From contig WGFY01000041.1 in assembly GCA_015491995.1 (NCBI GenBank), forward strand, positions 32,518-96,517: 64,000 nucleotides of DNA, read 5' to 3'. The notes below the pieces were generated by a model that saw only the letters and a program-made list of their open reading frames with translations, was not told the DNA's origin and did not search any database. The translations under genes and the position numbers were made by a program. Source of the DNA: Mesoaciditoga sp. (lineage in GTDB: Bacteria > Thermotogota > Thermotogae > Mesoaciditogales > Mesoaciditogaceae). How positions within the stretch are numbered: the stretch's first letter is position 1; each line of letters starts with the position of its first letter. Shown here one piece after another: positions 16,535 through 28,450 of this stretch.

Positions 16535-17596
16535 ATGAAGAAATCGTGGTACATAGTTCAAACTTATTCGGGTTTAGAGCAGAGTGTTAAAGAAGCCGTA
16601 GAACAAAAGAGGGATCTCTTCAAGCTCCGCGATCTTATAGGAAGGGTTGTGGTTCCTGAGGAGAGAATTGTTGATGTTAAAGGGAAAAAGATAGAGAAAT
16701 ACCGAGTTTCTTCAGCGTCCAAATTGCATGTCAGCTCTGGTGATTCTGTATCGAAAGGTGATCCAATCGCTGAAATTGCAGAAGTACATGTGAAGCGCTC
16801 GGGAAAGGTTATCGGGCTTCGTAATACAAAGAAACTTGTAATTGAATCGATAGATCGGAAAAACAGCAGAACTTATTACATTCCATCTTCCACAGGCATA
16901 GAGAGTGGAATACGCCTCAATTCAAGGCTAAGAGAAGGGATGCCTATATCCAAGAATAAAGCTGTATTCTGTGAAATAGACGGTAAAGTTGTTCAAAACG
17001 ATCGTGTAAAAAAAATCGTGATAAAAGATGTAGATGGAAGAGAAGATGTTTACTTCGTGCCCTTTGAGAGTTTTAACAAGTTGATAAGAGTTAATCAAAA
17101 TGTTAAAGCTGGCACGCTTTTAGCCGATAAAAAAGTGTCCGTTGCAAATACGGATGGCATAATTGAAGTAGATACTTATGGTGCTTACAGAGAGATAAAA
17201 ATTTCCAAAGTAACCTCTAAAAGGCTCTTTCCAGGGTATGTTTTCGTGGAAATGTTTATGACAGAGGAAAGTTGGGAACTGATCAAGAACACGGAGCATG
17301 TTATCAACTTCGTTTCCAATGCAGGTCAGCCTATTCCAGTAAAAAAGAGAGAAATAGGCGCTATACTTGGCCTCTCTTCAAATGAAAAAAGGGAAAAAGT
17401 TGAAGAAATCAAAGTTGAGATAAACATCTTCATAGGAGAACACGTTGAGATAAAAGGTGGACCTTTTGAAGGATTTACAGGAATCGTTCAAGAAGTAAAA
17501 CCCGAGAAAAAAGAATTAACGGTAACAGTTACCATCTTTGGAAGAGAGACACCTGTGGTATTGCATGTCTCAGAAGTGGAGAAAATTCAAGATTGA
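16535..17596 (+). CDS. nusG: Transcription termination/antitermination factor NusG with large inserted domain
   Basis: 353 aa. NGN start WYIVQTYSGLEQ, FPGYVFVEM, and C-terminal KOW GEHVEIKGGPFEGFTGIV. About 190 aa are inserted within the NGN domain. Confidence 0.95.
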   Translation: MKKSWYIVQTYSGLEQSVKEAVEQKRDLFKLRDLIGRVVVPEERIVDVKGKKIEKYRVSSASKLHVSSGDSVSKGDPIAEIAEVHVKRSGKVIGLRNTKKLVIESIDRKNSRTYYIPSSTGIESGIRLNSRLREGMPISKNKAVFCEIDGKVVQNDRVKKIVIKDVDGREDVYFVPFESFNKLIRVNQNVKAGTLLADKKVSVANTDGIIEVDTYGAYREIKISKVTSKRLFPGYVFVEMFMTEESWELIKNTEHVINFVSNAGQPIPVKKREIGAILGLSSNEKREKVEEIKVEINIFIGEHVEIKGGPFEGFTGIVQEVKPEKKELTVTVTIFGRETPVVLHVSEVEKIQD

Positions 17597-17613
17597 AAAG
17601 CATTTTGATTTTA

Positions 17614-17644
17614 GTGGGAGGGGTCGTTCCCCGTCATACACCAC
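17614..17644 (+). promoter_or_regulatory. GC-rich hairpin in the rplK leader (possible L1 autoregulatory site)
   Basis: GTGG-gag-GGGG-tcgtt-CCCC-gtcataca-CCAC lies directly before RBS GGGAGG. It is a local GC-rich island in AT-rich DNA. Confidence 0.3.
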
Positions 17645-17660
17645 AAGGGAGGTTTGAATT

Positions 17661-18086
17661 ATGGCGAAACAGATAATCAGGCAGGTAAAGCTTCAAATTC
17701 CTGCCGGAAAGGCTACGCCTGCTCCACCAGTAGGGCCCGCATTGGGTCAACATGGTGTGAACATCATGGGTTTCTGCAAACAGTTTAACTCCGCTACGGC
17801 AAAGCAGGCTGGCATGATAATACCAGTTATCATAAACATATACAAAGATCGTTCCTTCACGTTCATCACGAAAACTCCGCCTGCATCGGTTTTGATACTC
17901 AAGGCTGCCGGTGTGAAGAAAGGCTCAGGAGAACCTAACAAGATAAAAGTTGGAAAGATAACCAAGGCACAGCTTCTTGAAATTGCAAAAACTAAAATGG
18001 AAGATCTCAACGCTCACGATTTAGAAGCGGCTTCGCGTGTTGTAGCTGGAACAGCGAAGAACATGGGCATAGAGATAGTGGGATGA
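17661..18086 (+). CDS. rplK: 50S ribosomal protein L11
   Basis: 141 aa. Typical L11 sequence ([23 protein letters not shown]). Confidence 0.98.
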   Translation: MAKQIIRQVKLQIPAGKATPAPPVGPALGQHGVNIMGFCKQFNSATAKQAGMIIPVIINIYKDRSFTFITKTPPASVLILKAAGVKKGSGEPNKIKVGKITKAQLLEIAKTKMEDLNAHDLEAASRVVAGTAKNMGIEIVG

Positions 18087-18097
18087 GGTGAAGGAAA

Positions 18098-18796
18098 ATG
18101 TCAAAACGTTCAAAAAGATATTCCGAGCTTTTGAAAAACTACGATAAGAACAATTCTTATCCCATTGAAGAAGCCGTCAAGATCGTGAAAAATTTGTCCA
18201 CGGCAAAGTTCGATGAAACCATAGAGCTTTCTATAAAAACTGGTATAGATCCAAAAAAGAATGAACAACAGATAAGGAATACAGTTACTCTTCCAAATGG
18301 AACTGGAAAAAAGGTTAGAGTTTTGGTTTTCGCAGTGGGACCAGAAGTGGAAGAGGCAAAGAGCGCTGGTGCAGATTACGTTGGAGGAGAAGAGCTTGCA
18401 AAAAAGATCACGGATGAAGGCTTCCTTGATTTCGATGTGGCAATTGCAAGTCCAGATACGATGAAGTTTGTTGGAAGGCTTGGAAGAGTGCTCGGGCCTC
18501 GTGGGTTGATGCCTTCACCGAAATCCGGAACGGTTACAAAAGAAATAGGGAAAGCCGTCGAATCGTTTAAAGCTGGAAGAGTCGAAGTGAGAAATGATAA
18601 GACTGGAAATCTTCACTTACCTATAGGAAAAAAGGGCTTCGAAGATGAAAAGATAGCTGAAAACATAGATTCAGCATTGGAACAGGTGAAAGGCTTGAGA
18701 CCGCAAGGATTGAAAGGACGATTCATGCAGAAAGTTGTCATTGCCCCAACCATGGGTCCAGGTGTGAAGTTGGAGTTCTCGAAGTTTGAAAATTAA
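18098..18796 (+). CDS. rplA: 50S ribosomal protein L1
   Basis: 232 aa. Typical L1 sequence, conserved rplK-rplA order. Confidence 0.98.
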   Translation: MSKRSKRYSELLKNYDKNNSYPIEEAVKIVKNLSTAKFDETIELSIKTGIDPKKNEQQIRNTVTLPNGTGKKVRVLVFAVGPEVEEAKSAGADYVGGEELAKKITDEGFLDFDVAIASPDTMKFVGRLGRVLGPRGLMPSPKSGTVTKEIGKAVESFKAGRVEVRNDKTGNLHLPIGKKGFEDEKIAENIDSALEQVKGLRPQGLKGRFMQKVVIAPTMGPGVKLEFSKFEN

Positions 18797-18945
18797 AAAA
18801 CGTTTCGTACCTGAGATAGCGGGATCTTAAAGGCGATATACCTTCCTGCCGAGGTGCGTGGATCGGTTTGAGTTAGGGATCCTGACTTGAATTTCAGATC
18901 GACGGCCTCAAGGTACGAGGCCGTTTTTCTTAAAGGAGGTGCCAA
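18797..18945 (+). promoter_or_regulatory. rplJ (L10) leader with terminator/antiterminator alternative
   Basis: 149-nt, relatively GC-rich leader. The terminator hairpin at 18903-18923 is followed by TTTTT. Segment 18805-18815 is complementary to 18907-18918, which overlaps both terminator arms. Confidence 0.6.
18903..18928 (+). terminator. Intrinsic terminator-like attenuator inside the rplJ leader
   Basis: CGGCCTC-aaggtac-GAGGCCG followed by TTTTT, ending 17 nt before the rplJ ATG. Confidence 0.6.
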
Positions 18946-19467
18946 ATGCTTAAAGAACAAAAGGCTAAGATAATTGAAGAGTTGAGCGATGTTTTATCGA
19001 ATAGCCCTCTTGCACTTCTTACCGACTACAAAGGAATGAGTGTTGAAGAGATCACCAAACTCAGAGATGAATTGTACAAAGTAGACGCAAAGTACAGAGT
19101 TGTTAAAAATACGTTGGTGAAATTGGCGTTGAAGCGTGCCGAAATTCCAACAGATGAACTTAGCTCAGCTTTGGAAGGAACAACGGCTGTGCTTTACACC
19201 GATGGGGACTCAATTTTAGCCCTTAAAGCTCTTTACAATTTCATCAAAGAGACCAAAAAACCGATTGTTAAATGTGGAATGATGGATGGTAAATTCATAG
19301 ATGCAGAGCAGGCCAAAAAACTTTCTACACTTCCACCAAGAGAAATTCTCCTTGCTCAATTGGTCGGCCAGATGCAAGCTCCAATTTATGGATTGCATGC
19401 GGTTTTATCTGGGACTTTGAAAAAAGTACTTTACGCTCTTAACGCAATTAAAGAAAAAAAAGAATGA
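18946..19467 (+). CDS. rplJ: 50S ribosomal protein L10
   Basis: 173 aa. RBS AAAGGAGGTG. Conserved order. Confidence 0.97.
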   Translation: MLKEQKAKIIEELSDVLSNSPLALLTDYKGMSVEEITKLRDELYKVDAKYRVVKNTLVKLALKRAEIPTDELSSALEGTTAVLYTDGDSILALKALYNFIKETKKPIVKCGMMDGKFIDAEQAKKLSTLPPREILLAQLVGQMQAPIYGLHAVLSGTLKKVLYALNAIKEKKE

Positions 19468-19491
19468 TAATTATTCAGGAGGTGTGATAAA

Positions 19492-19878
19492 ATGAATAAG
19501 GAAGAGATCATCAAAGCTATTGAAGAAATGACAGTTGCAGAATTGGCAGATTTGGTGAAAGAATTAGAGGATAAATTCGGGGTTAGCGCAGCGGCACCAG
19601 TTGCTGTAGCAGCGGCACCAGTTGGTGGAGCGTCAAGCGGATCGGAAGATGAGGAGAAATCATCCTTTGACATTCTTCTCAAGGAGATAGGCGACAAGAA
19701 GCTCCAAGTTATCAAGACCGTTAAAGAAATTACCGGATTAGGATTAAAAGAGGCGAAAAATCTCGTTGATAAAGCTGGTTCGCCAGAGTCCGTTGTCAAA
19801 AAAGATGCAAACAAGGAAGATGCAGAACAAATCAAAGCAAAACTTGAAGAAGCTGGCGCTACAGTGGAGTTGAAGTGA
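19492..19878 (+). CDS. rplL: 50S ribosomal protein L7/L12
   Basis: 128 aa. Ala-rich hinge and C-terminal [12 protein letters not shown]. Confidence 0.98.
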   Translation: MNKEEIIKAIEEMTVAELADLVKELEDKFGVSAAAPVAVAAAPVGGASSGSEDEEKSSFDILLKEIGDKKLQVIKTVKEITGLGLKEAKNLVDKAGSPESVVKKDANKEDAEQIKAKLEEAGATVELK

Positions 19879-19922
19879 GGTAAAATTAGCCTCTCGTAAT
19901 TCATCACAGAATTGAAACGTAA

Positions 19923-19964
19923 CCTCATCGGAGTTGTAAACTTTCCGATGGGGTCGTTTTGTTT
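19923..19964 (+). terminator. Attenuator-like hairpin between rplL and rpoB
   Basis: CCTCATCGGA-gttgtaaactt-TCCGATGGGG (10 bp including one G-U) followed by TCGTTTTGTTT. Confidence 0.5.
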
Positions 19965-20016
19965 AGAAAATATTGATCCTTTGATCGAAGAATTTCTGAT
20001 GAGGAGAGGTGGAAAA

Positions 20017-23000
20017 GTGCAAAAAAGGAATAGGATTTCCTATGGAAGGTTAAAAGATGCCATAGATGTTCCGAATTTGATTTCTGTACAATTGGATTCA
20101 TACAAAGAATTCATTGAAAATGGCATAATAGAGGCTCTTAAGAAATTCTCCCCAATTGAATCCCGTCCGCACAAAGCCGATGTAAAGAAAGGAAAGAAAG
20201 GATTCAGGCTCGAGTTCGTAAAAGCGAGACTTGGTGATGTTCGTTACACGGAAGAAGAGTGTCGGCTCAAGGATACAACATTTAGCGCTCCCCTTTATAT
20301 AACGGTGAGGATAAAGGATACACACTCGGGAGAGATCAAAGAAAATGAAGCGCTCTTTGGTTATCTTCCAGTTATGACAGAACGTGGTACATTTATAATA
20401 AACGGTGCTGAGCGTGTTGTCGTGCATCAGCTTGTCAGATCTCCAGGGGTGTACTTCGTACGTGAGTTCGAAGGCTCTGAGAGAACTCCTATATTTTATG
20501 CCCATTTTCTTCCGGAAAGAGGCGCATGGCTTGAAATACTTCTTAATATGAAGAAGAAAATGCTTCAAGCAAGAATAGATAGGAAGAAGAAAGTAAAACT
20601 TCCACTTATTCTCAAGATATTTGGATATATAAAACCACTTGATATGTTGAATTTATACCCTTTAACGATCGCCGTTGATGAAGATGAACTGGCGGTTTAC
20701 ATGGGGTCAACGATATTAGAAGACATTGTAATGGATGGTGGAGAAACCATTCATGCCGGTGAAAATATATCCGAAGAAACGATATCGAAGATACTTTCAA
20801 GTGGTGTAAAAGAGTTGAAAATTGCACATCCCTATATGCAAAAGACAGTTGAAAATCTTGATGAGACCGAAAGTAATATGGAGGCAGATGATGCCTATAT
20901 AGCGCTATTTAGAAAATTAAGACCCGGTGAGATACCCAGGGTAAATGTCGCTAAAAATTACTTTAACAGTCTTTACTTTGATCCCGAACGCTACGATCTC
21001 ACAGAAATAGGTAGAACGAAGATAAACGCAAAATTGAAATTGAATGTGGAGTCACGCGTTTTGACCAAAGAAGACATCATGGTTGCCATGGAATATCTCT
21101 TGGACATAGATCAACACGAGGAGAGACTTGACACAAAAGATCATCTTGGAAACAAAAGAGTTCGAACCGTTGGTGAGTTGATGAAAATAGAGTTTGAACG
21201 AGGTTTTTCAAGAGTTCAAAAGATGATAGAAGACAAGTTAAACATGTACAACTCTCTTGACAAAATAAACGTTCAAAGCCTTATAAACGTTCGAGCTGTC
21301 ATGGCAACACTTCATCAGTTTTTCGCATCCAGCCAGCTTTCACAGTTCATGGATCAGGTTAACCCTCTTTCCGAGATAACTCACAAAAGGAGAATATCCG
21401 CACTTGGTCCTGGAGGTCTTAGAAGGGAAAGAGCTAGATTTGAAGTTAGAGATGTCCATCATTCTCATTACGGTAGAATGTGTCCTATCGAGACTCCAGA
21501 AGGCGCAAATATAGGGCTAATAACATCGCTTGCCACTTATGCTAAGATAGATAAATACGGTTTTTTAAGAACCCCATATCGAGAAGTTATCAACGGTAAA
21601 ATTACAGATCAGATCGATTACTTGATGGCTGATGAAGAAGAAAATTACAGTATAGCCCCCGTGAATGTCAACATCAGTAAAGATGGCATGCTTGAAGATG
21701 AAAGGGTCACTGTTAGATACATGGAAAGCTATAAGTACGTGAACAGATCACAAGTTAACTACATAGATGTTTCTCCTAAGCAATTGATAGGCGTTTCTGC
21801 TGCTCTCATACCGTTCATCGAAAACGATGATGCCAATCGCGCTTTAATGGGTTCAAACATGCAGCGGCAAGGTGTTCCATTGGTTAATCCACAGGCCCCT
21901 TTGGTTGGAACCGGAATGGAAAAGTATGTGGCCAGAGATTCTGGATCCATAGTCGTGGCGAAAAATTCCGGCAAAGTCAAAAAAGTATCCGCCAGGGAGA
22001 TAGTCATTGAAAGATCTGATGGCAAAGAAAGTGACATGTACAAACTCACTAAGTACACGCGTACCAATCAGGACACCATGATGAGTCAGAGGCCAATAGT
22101 AGATGTAGGTGATATGGTAAAAACTGGTGATTGCATAGCAGATGGACCGGCAACGGACATGGGTGAGCTGGCGCTTGGAAGAAATGTGATGGTTGCTTTC
22201 ATGTCTTGGGAAGGATACAATTTTGAAGATGCCATTGCAGTTAACCAAGAGCTTATAGAACAAGACGCTTTCACCTCCGTACACATAGAGGTCTACGAAA
22301 CGTATGCTAGAGAAACGCGCCTCGGCCCAGAAGAAATAACAGCTGACATCCCAAATGTGTCCAAAGAGCTTTTAAAGAATTTGGATGAAAATGGAATAGT
22401 AAGAATTGGTGCTATGGTTCACCCAAAGGATATACTTGTTGGTAAGGTTACCCCTAAAGGAGATAGCGAGCTTACTGCCGAAGAAAAAATAATGAGATCG
22501 ATCTTCGGTGAGCGTGGAAGAGATGTGAAAGATACATCTTTAAAAGTTCCTCATGGAGTTGACGGTAGGGTCATAGGCGTGCATGTTTTTGAAAAAGGTG
22601 ACATATCAGAGCTCGATTCAAGTGTTAACAAGATGGTCAAAGTGTATTTGGCCACACGAAAACCTCTTTCAGTTGGTGATAAAGTTGCAGGTCGTCATGG
22701 AAATAAAGGGTGTATTTCAAGAATAGTTGCAAAAGAAGACATGCCCTTTCTTCCCGATGGCGCACCAGTTGATATGGTGTTAAGCCCACTTGGAGTTCCT
22801 TCCAGAATGAACATAGGGCAGGTGCTTGAGACTCAACTTGGCTGGCTGGCAAAATTAAAGGGGAATTACGTTGCGACTCCTGTTTTTGATGGTGCCAATG
22901 AAGAAGATATATTCCAACCACTTTATGAAGAGAGAAAAAAGCATGGACTTACAGATGGAGATGTCGAAAGACATCCAACTGGCAAAGTCACACTCAGAGA

Positions 23001-23415
23001 TGGACGAACTGGTGAGCCTTTCGGCAGTCCAGTTGTCGTTGGTATAATGTACGTGATGAGACTTATTCACATTGCTCAAGATAAGATACATGCCAGATCT
23101 GTTGGACCATACTCTCTGATACATCAGCAGCCACTCGGAGGAAAAGCACAATTCGGTGGTCAGAGGTTTGGTGAAATGGAAGTATGGGCTCTTGAAGCTC
23201 ATGGCGCATCGCACATGCTTCAAGAGATGCTCACGATAAAATCCGACGATGTAGAGGGAAGGAATGAGGCTTATAAGGCGATAATGCGAGGCAAAAACAT
23301 TCCCCTTCCCAATCTACCCGAAAGTTTCAAGGTGTTGGTAAAAGAACTCGAAGGTATTGCACTCGACATCAGAGTATACGATGAAAATGGTAACGAAATT
23401 GATTTGGATCATTGA
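20017..23415 (+). CDS. rpoB: DNA-directed RNA polymerase subunit beta
   Basis: The ORF is open from 19912, but RBS GGAGAGGTGG lies 6 nt before GTG 20017, and the sequence from there ([14 protein letters not shown]..) matches RpoB N-termini. Conserved beta motifs throughout. Confidence 0.95.
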   Translation: MQKRNRISYGRLKDAIDVPNLISVQLDSYKEFIENGIIEALKKFSPIESRPHKADVKKGKKGFRLEFVKARLGDVRYTEEECRLKDTTFSAPLYITVRIKDTHSGEIKENEALFGYLPVMTERGTFIINGAERVVVHQLVRSPGVYFVREFEGSERTPIFYAHFLPERGAWLEILLNMKKKMLQARIDRKKKVKLPLILKIFGYIKPLDMLNLYPLTIAVDEDELAVYMGSTILEDIVMDGGETIHAGENISEETISKILSSGVKELKIAHPYMQKTVENLDETESNMEADDAYIALFRKLRPGEIPRVNVAKNYFNSLYFDPERYDLTEIGRTKINAKLKLNVESRVLTKEDIMVAMEYLLDIDQHEERLDTKDHLGNKRVRTVGELMKIEFERGFSRVQKMIEDKLNMYNSLDKINVQSLINVRAVMATLHQFFASSQLSQFMDQVNPLSEITHKRRISALGPGGLRRERARFEVRDVHHSHYGRMCPIETPEGANIGLITSLATYAKIDKYGFLRTPYREVINGKITDQIDYLMADEEENYSIAPVNVNISKDGMLEDERVTVRYMESYKYVNRSQVNYIDVSPKQLIGVSAALIPFIENDDANRALMGSNMQRQGVPLVNPQAPLVGTGMEKYVARDSGSIVVAKNSGKVKKVSAREIVIERSDGKESDMYKLTKYTRTNQDTMMSQRPIVDVGDMVKTGDCIADGPATDMGELALGRNVMVAFMSWEGYNFEDAIAVNQELIEQDAFTSVHIEVYETYARETRLGPEEITADIPNVSKELLKNLDENGIVRIGAMVHPKDILVGKVTPKGDSELTAEEKIMRSIFGERGRDVKDTSLKVPHGVDGRVIGVHVFEKGDISELDSSVNKMVKVYLATRKPLSVGDKVAGRHGNKGCISRIVAKEDMPFLPDGAPVDMVLSPLGVPSRMNIGQVLETQLGWLAKLKGNYVATPVFDGANEEDIFQPLYEERKKHGLTDGDVERHPTGKVTLRDGRTGEPFGSPVVVGIMYVMRLIHIAQDKIHARSVGPYSLIHQQPLGGKAQFGGQRFGEMEVWALEAHGASHMLQEMLTIKSDDVEGRNEAYKAIMRGKNIPLPNLPESFKVLVKELEGIALDIRVYDENGNEIDLDH

Positions 23416-23433
23416 CCTTAAAGGAGGGGTAAG

Positions 23434-26400
23434 ATGTCAGAGAGTAACCCCAAATTTTTGAAACTCCCCGCGACTAAGATCGGGAGTGTGAAGATAAGTC
23501 TTGCTTCACCAGAACTTATAAGAAATTGGTCAAGCGGTGAAGTTAAGAAACCAGAAACCATAAACTACAGAACTTTCAAGCCTGAAAAAGATGGTCTTTT
23601 CTGTGAGAGAATATTTGGGCCCGTAAAAGACTACGAATGTGCCTGCGGGAGGTACAAAGGCAAAAAATATGAAGGGACAGTTTGCGAGCGTTGTGGCGTC
23701 AGGGTGGAGTCAAAGACTGCCCGGCGTAGAAGAATGGGCCATATAGAGTTGTCCGTTCCAGTCGTTCATATTTGGTACCTCAAGAATATTCCAAATTACG
23801 TTTCAGCTCTTTTGGACATTTCACCAAGGGATTTAGAGCAGATCGTTTACTTTGGTTCTCGCCGTACGGTGGAAACGGCTTACATGGTTACGAATCCCAA
23901 AAAGACACATTTTGATACCGGCGATAAACTTTACGGTACGGAGTACAACATCTACAAATCAAAATGGGATTTTGATGTTGAAAATGTGGTAAGAATAAGA
24001 AATCCACAAGGACCTCTCACATCGGACATTGACGGCATCGTATCCATAAGGGAAGAAGACACCAATACAGATAGAATCATCACCTGGGTTACGATTTCAC
24101 AAAAAACGGATAGTTCTGAGTTGAGAAAAGCCGAATTTGCCGTGTACAGGGGCATGAAATTGCTTGTTAAAGATGGTGATGCCGTTAAGGCTGGCGACAT
24201 AATGGCAAGTGAGCTGAGTGTTGGCGCTTTCAAATCTCCATTTGATGGAACAGCTGAAGTGGATGAGATCACTTCAACAGTCAAAGTTATTCCACTTCCG
24301 ACATCGAAAGATCAGCCTGTAACGTACACCGTTCCATACGGAGCAAAAGTAAAAGTCTCGAATGGAGTGAAAGTAAAAAAAGGTCAAGAGCTTGTCACAT
24401 CAGTTCATATAGATGCTGTCTACTCAGATACGGAGGGAATCGTCAGATTCGCAAAGAACCTTTCAATAGTTCAACGTGAAGATGGAAATTTCCATGCCAA
24501 TTCCACGGCAAAGGTGTACGTTGAAGAACCTTCTTCCGAAAATGGGCAAAGTAGAGAGTATCCCATATTCGAAGGCATAACTCCATACGTTGAAGACGGA
24601 CAAGAGATAAAGGCTGGAGATTACATAGCTGATAGGTTCGTATACGAGGATGAAGATCTCTCCATGAACGAATTGAACATCTTTGAAAAGTACTACCCCG
24701 GAAAATTCGATAAGGAGTTCGAATTCGAAAATGACAGAACCGTTGTCATGATAACATCCATCGATCCAGATGTGTCAGCAGAAATAGGCAAAAAAGTTGG
24801 CGACGTTATTCTTGACAACGAATATGAATCTTACAAAGACATTTATATAGAAAAGATCGAAGCAGACGTTGGCGCATCGGCTATCAAAAGGTTACTTGAA
24901 GCCATAGAATTACCTGAATTGGAAAATAAACTTGAAGTGGAATTACAAAATCTTTCTTCCACGGCTTCGAACAAGAAGATGAAGATTCTCAAACGCTTAC
25001 ATATAGTTAGAAGCTTCATAAAGAGTAACCAAAGGCCTGAATGGATGATCCTTGAGGTGATTCCTGTAATTCCACCGGATTTGAGGCCTATGATTCAGAT
25101 AGATGGTGGAAGATTCGCAACGACTGATCTGAACGATCTGTACAGAAGAGTCATAAACAGGAATAACAGGTTGAAAAAGCTACTCGATCTCAACGCTCCA
25201 AATATAATAATCAGGAACGAAAAACGCATGCTTCAAGAAGCTGTGGATTCTTTGATCGCAAATGGCAAACGTGGGAAATCAGTTACGGATAAATCCGGAA
25301 GACCTTTAAAATCATTGACAGATCTTATGAAGGGAAAACGTGGAAGATTTAGAAGAAACTTACTCGGAAAACGTGTGGACTATTCCGGGCGTGCGGTTAT
25401 CGTCGTTGGACCTGAATTGAGGATAGATCAGTGCGGCATTCCAAAAAAGATGGCAATGGAATTGTTCAAGCCATTCGTTCTTCAAAAACTTGTAAAGAAC
25501 GAACCTGACAAATCGGCCAGAAAATTGGGTAGAATGCTTATAGAAAGAGAAGTGCCTGAAGCTTGGGAAATCCTTGAAGAAGTTATCAAAGGTCATCCGG
25601 TTCTCTTGAACCGTGCTCCAACCCTTCACAGAATAAGCATTCAAGCATTTGAGCCTAAATTGATTGAAGGAAATGCGATTCAACTTCATCCTTTGGTATG
25701 TCCACCGTTCAACGCTGACTTCGATGGAGATCAGATGGCGGTTCATTTGCCATTATCAGCGGCGGCACAATCCGAAGCGAAATTTCTCATGCTGTCTAAG
25801 TACAACATAATAAGCCCCGCCCATGGTCAACCTTTATCCATGCCTGGAAAAGACATAATTTTAGGTATGTATTACCTAACCATGATGAACGATAAAATAA
25901 AGAAAACAAAGACGATCTTCTCATCGGCAGAAGAAGCGGTAATGGCATATTATCACCATTACATAACATTGCACACGTCTATAGATATATTGTTGAAATT
26001 CAAAGATGGAGAGAAACTGATCAAGAACACGACTGTTGGGCGAGTTATATTCAACGAAGAGTTACGTGAGGAATTGCGTGATTATTCCAAAACGTACGAT
26101 AAAAAAGCCATAAAAAATCTTGTGTCTCAAGCTTTCAGTCTGTTCGACATAGATGAAACTGCCAACGTATTAGATCACATAAAAGATTATGGATTCAAAT
26201 ACGCAACCATCTCTGGAGTCACCATCTCCGTCAGGGACATGCTTATATCACCTAAGAAGACGAAGATAATAGAAGAATCTCAAAAAAAGGTTAATTTTGT
26301 GGAGGAAGCATTTGCAAATGGCATGATAACCGCCCAAGAAAGATACAGCCAAGTGATAAAGATTTGGGAAGAAGCCACCAAAGACGTGCAAAACGTCACT

Positions 26401-28431
26401 TACGAAGAACTTTCCAAAGATCTCTTCAATCCAGTCTTTATGATGGTCAGATCCGGCGCTCGCGGAAGTGTTGATCAAATAAAACAGATAGCAGGAATGC
26501 GTGGGCTAATGGCTGATCCTTCTGGAAAAACCATAGAAGTTCCCATACTCTCTAACTTTCGTGAAGGTTTGAACGTCATGGAATATTTCATATCCACTCA
26601 TGGTGCGAGAAAAGGATCGGCGGACACCGCTTTGAGGACATCTAACTCCGGATATCTTACACGAAGACTTGTCGATGTGGCTCAATCGGTCACGATTAGA
26701 GAAACTGATTGTGGCACAACAAGTGGGGTGGAGTTGAAAACACTTCGAGACGATGACGTGATCATAGAAAAGTTGGAAGATTCGTTGTTTGGAAGAGTCC
26801 TCGCAGAGGATATAATAAACCCAAGAACAAAAGAGATCATGTACTCACGTGATACCTTAATGGAAGTAGGCGATGCTCATAAAGTTACGAGCAGCGTTGA
26901 GGAAGTAAAGGTTCATAAGAAAGAAATCATAAGAGTGGATGAAATCCAGAACATGAAAGATTATGCAGAGCTTTCTAAGGCTCTTTACTATGATGATGAA
27001 GGCACGGTATCTGGTGTTGCCAACAAAGTGCTTTTTAAAAAAGGCGAGCCTTTGCAAAATGCGTACAGAAGCCTGAAAAAACTCGGTATAGATGAAGTGG
27101 AAGTTGAAGTGTACCCTTGCGTTGGTGGTGTGACAATCGCACCTGTACTTTCCAAGAACGGAAAACACGAAATCACAACGTACGAAGAAAGAGTAACGCC
27201 CAAAATAGCCAAAAGATTTGTGAAAGAAAAAATAAATGCAGTTACTCTCAGGCCCTATATAAAGATAAGATCTCCGATGACTTGTGAATCCAAAGATGGA
27301 ATATGCGCAAAATGTTACGGGATGGACCTTTCCAATCATAGAATTGTACACGTTGGAGAAGCTGTAGGCGTCATAGCGGCTCAATCCATAGGAGAGCCCG
27401 GCACACAGCTGACGATGAGGACGTTCCATACAGGTGGAATAGCAACCACTGGTGATATAACACAAGGTTTGCCGAGAGCCGAAGAACTTTTTGAAGCACG
27501 AAAGAAGTTAAAAGAAGTGACCGGAATATTCAGTGAAGTGTCTGGACATATCAAACAGATAAACACCGAAGAGGGAAAGCAGAAGATATACATAGAAGAT
27601 GACGAAGGTATGCTCTACGACTATACCGTTCCAAAAAAGACTCAATTGAAGGTGAGGGAGGGTCAGAGGGTGTTGGCCGGAACTCCTCTTACGAACGGGG
27701 CCATAAGACCAAGAGACTTGTTAGAAAAAATAGATTCCAACATGGCTTTCAGATACCTTTTGCGTGAAGTGAAAAGGGTTTACGCTGAGCAGGGTGTTGA
27801 TATCCATGACAAGCACATGGAGATCATCATACGCCAAATGTTCAACAAAGTTGAAGTCACAGATGGTGGAGACACGGATGTTTTCCCGGGGACCCTTTTA
27901 ACAATTGGAGAAGCCAAACGAATAAACGAAGAGATATACCATGAAAATGCAAAAATCGAAGAAAATCGTTCAAAAGTCATTGGGAAAGAGCTCGCATATC
28001 ATGTCGTAATAGAAGAAGACGGAAAAGAGAAAGAAATAGCAAAAGCGAAACAAAAGATAGACGAAAATCTTTTGGACAAGATGATCGAAATTGGAGTAAA
28101 AGGAGTTTACATAAAAGAGGGAGAGAGGCAACTGAGGTACGACATAAATCAGAAAAAAGAATTAGAATACAAGCAGAAATTGCTAAGAATCACGAAAGCA
28201 TCGCTCCATAGAGAGGGATTCTTAAGCGCCGCCTCATTCCAACAAACTCCACAAGTTTTGGCAGAAGCTGCAGTTGAAGGTCGCCATGACTATCTCAAAG
28301 GTTTAAAAGAAAACGTCATAATAGGGCAGCTAATACCATCTGGAACAGGTATTTCTGTTTACAACAACATTCAAATAGAGTCTCATGCTTCTTTAAGAGA
28401 AGAAAGCGGGAAGAAAAAAGCTCAATCCTAA
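23434..28431 (+). CDS. rpoC: DNA-directed RNA polymerase subunit beta' with lineage-specific insertions
   Basis: 1665 aa. Zinc-finger [20 protein letters not shown], catalytic [12 protein letters not shown], trigger-loop region [29 protein letters not shown]. Confidence 0.98.
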   Translation: MSESNPKFLKLPATKIGSVKISLASPELIRNWSSGEVKKPETINYRTFKPEKDGLFCERIFGPVKDYECACGRYKGKKYEGTVCERCGVRVESKTARRRRMGHIELSVPVVHIWYLKNIPNYVSALLDISPRDLEQIVYFGSRRTVETAYMVTNPKKTHFDTGDKLYGTEYNIYKSKWDFDVENVVRIRNPQGPLTSDIDGIVSIREEDTNTDRIITWVTISQKTDSSELRKAEFAVYRGMKLLVKDGDAVKAGDIMASELSVGAFKSPFDGTAEVDEITSTVKVIPLPTSKDQPVTYTVPYGAKVKVSNGVKVKKGQELVTSVHIDAVYSDTEGIVRFAKNLSIVQREDGNFHANSTAKVYVEEPSSENGQSREYPIFEGITPYVEDGQEIKAGDYIADRFVYEDEDLSMNELNIFEKYYPGKFDKEFEFENDRTVVMITSIDPDVSAEIGKKVGDVILDNEYESYKDIYIEKIEADVGASAIKRLLEAIELPELENKLEVELQNLSSTASNKKMKILKRLHIVRSFIKSNQRPEWMILEVIPVIPPDLRPMIQIDGGRFATTDLNDLYRRVINRNNRLKKLLDLNAPNIIIRNEKRMLQEAVDSLIANGKRGKSVTDKSGRPLKSLTDLMKGKRGRFRRNLLGKRVDYSGRAVIVVGPELRIDQCGIPKKMAMELFKPFVLQKLVKNEPDKSARKLGRMLIEREVPEAWEILEEVIKGHPVLLNRAPTLHRISIQAFEPKLIEGNAIQLHPLVCPPFNADFDGDQMAVHLPLSAAAQSEAKFLMLSKYNIISPAHGQPLSMPGKDIILGMYYLTMMNDKIKKTKTIFSSAEEAVMAYYHHYITLHTSIDILLKFKDGEKLIKNTTVGRVIFNEELREELRDYSKTYDKKAIKNLVSQAFSLFDIDETANVLDHIKDYGFKYATISGVTISVRDMLISPKKTKIIEESQKKVNFVEEAFANGMITAQERYSQVIKIWEEATKDVQNVTYEELSKDLFNPVFMMVRSGARGSVDQIKQIAGMRGLMADPSGKTIEVPILSNFREGLNVMEYFISTHGARKGSADTALRTSNSGYLTRRLVDVAQSVTIRETDCGTTSGVELKTLRDDDVIIEKLEDSLFGRVLAEDIINPRTKEIMYSRDTLMEVGDAHKVTSSVEEVKVHKKEIIRVDEIQNMKDYAELSKALYYDDEGTVSGVANKVLFKKGEPLQNAYRSLKKLGIDEVEVEVYPCVGGVTIAPVLSKNGKHEITTYEERVTPKIAKRFVKEKINAVTLRPYIKIRSPMTCESKDGICAKCYGMDLSNHRIVHVGEAVGVIAAQSIGEPGTQLTMRTFHTGGIATTGDITQGLPRAEELFEARKKLKEVTGIFSEVSGHIKQINTEEGKQKIYIEDDEGMLYDYTVPKKTQLKVREGQRVLAGTPLTNGAIRPRDLLEKIDSNMAFRYLLREVKRVYAEQGVDIHDKHMEIIIRQMFNKVEVTDGGDTDVFPGTLLTIGEAKRINEEIYHENAKIEENRSKVIGKELAYHVVIEEDGKEKEIAKAKQKIDENLLDKMIEIGVKGVYIKEGERQLRYDINQKKELEYKQKLLRITKASLHREGFLSAASFQQTPQVLAEAAVEGRHDYLKGLKENVIIGQLIPSGTGISVYNNIQIESHASLREESGKKKAQS

Positions 28432-28450
28432 AAAGTGATAAAAAAAACTA

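Noticed and set aside
18806-18817. AAAAACGTTTCG in the rplJ leader, which resembles the LacI-type half-palindrome at 49902.
   Set aside because: It is not a full palindrome. It lies in a ribosomal leader where it forms part of the proposed antiterminator arm. The resemblance is most likely coincidental.
19431-19928. 165-aa minus-strand ORF antisense to rplL. Similar long antisense ORFs lie at 20098-20568, 21853-22284, 26857-27465, 32300-32887, 41178-41879, 42908-43432 and 56385-56969.
   Set aside because: All lie inside strongly supported conserved genes on the opposite strand. They have low-complexity or odd composition and no RBS. Such shadow ORFs are expected opposite long genes in AT-rich DNA.
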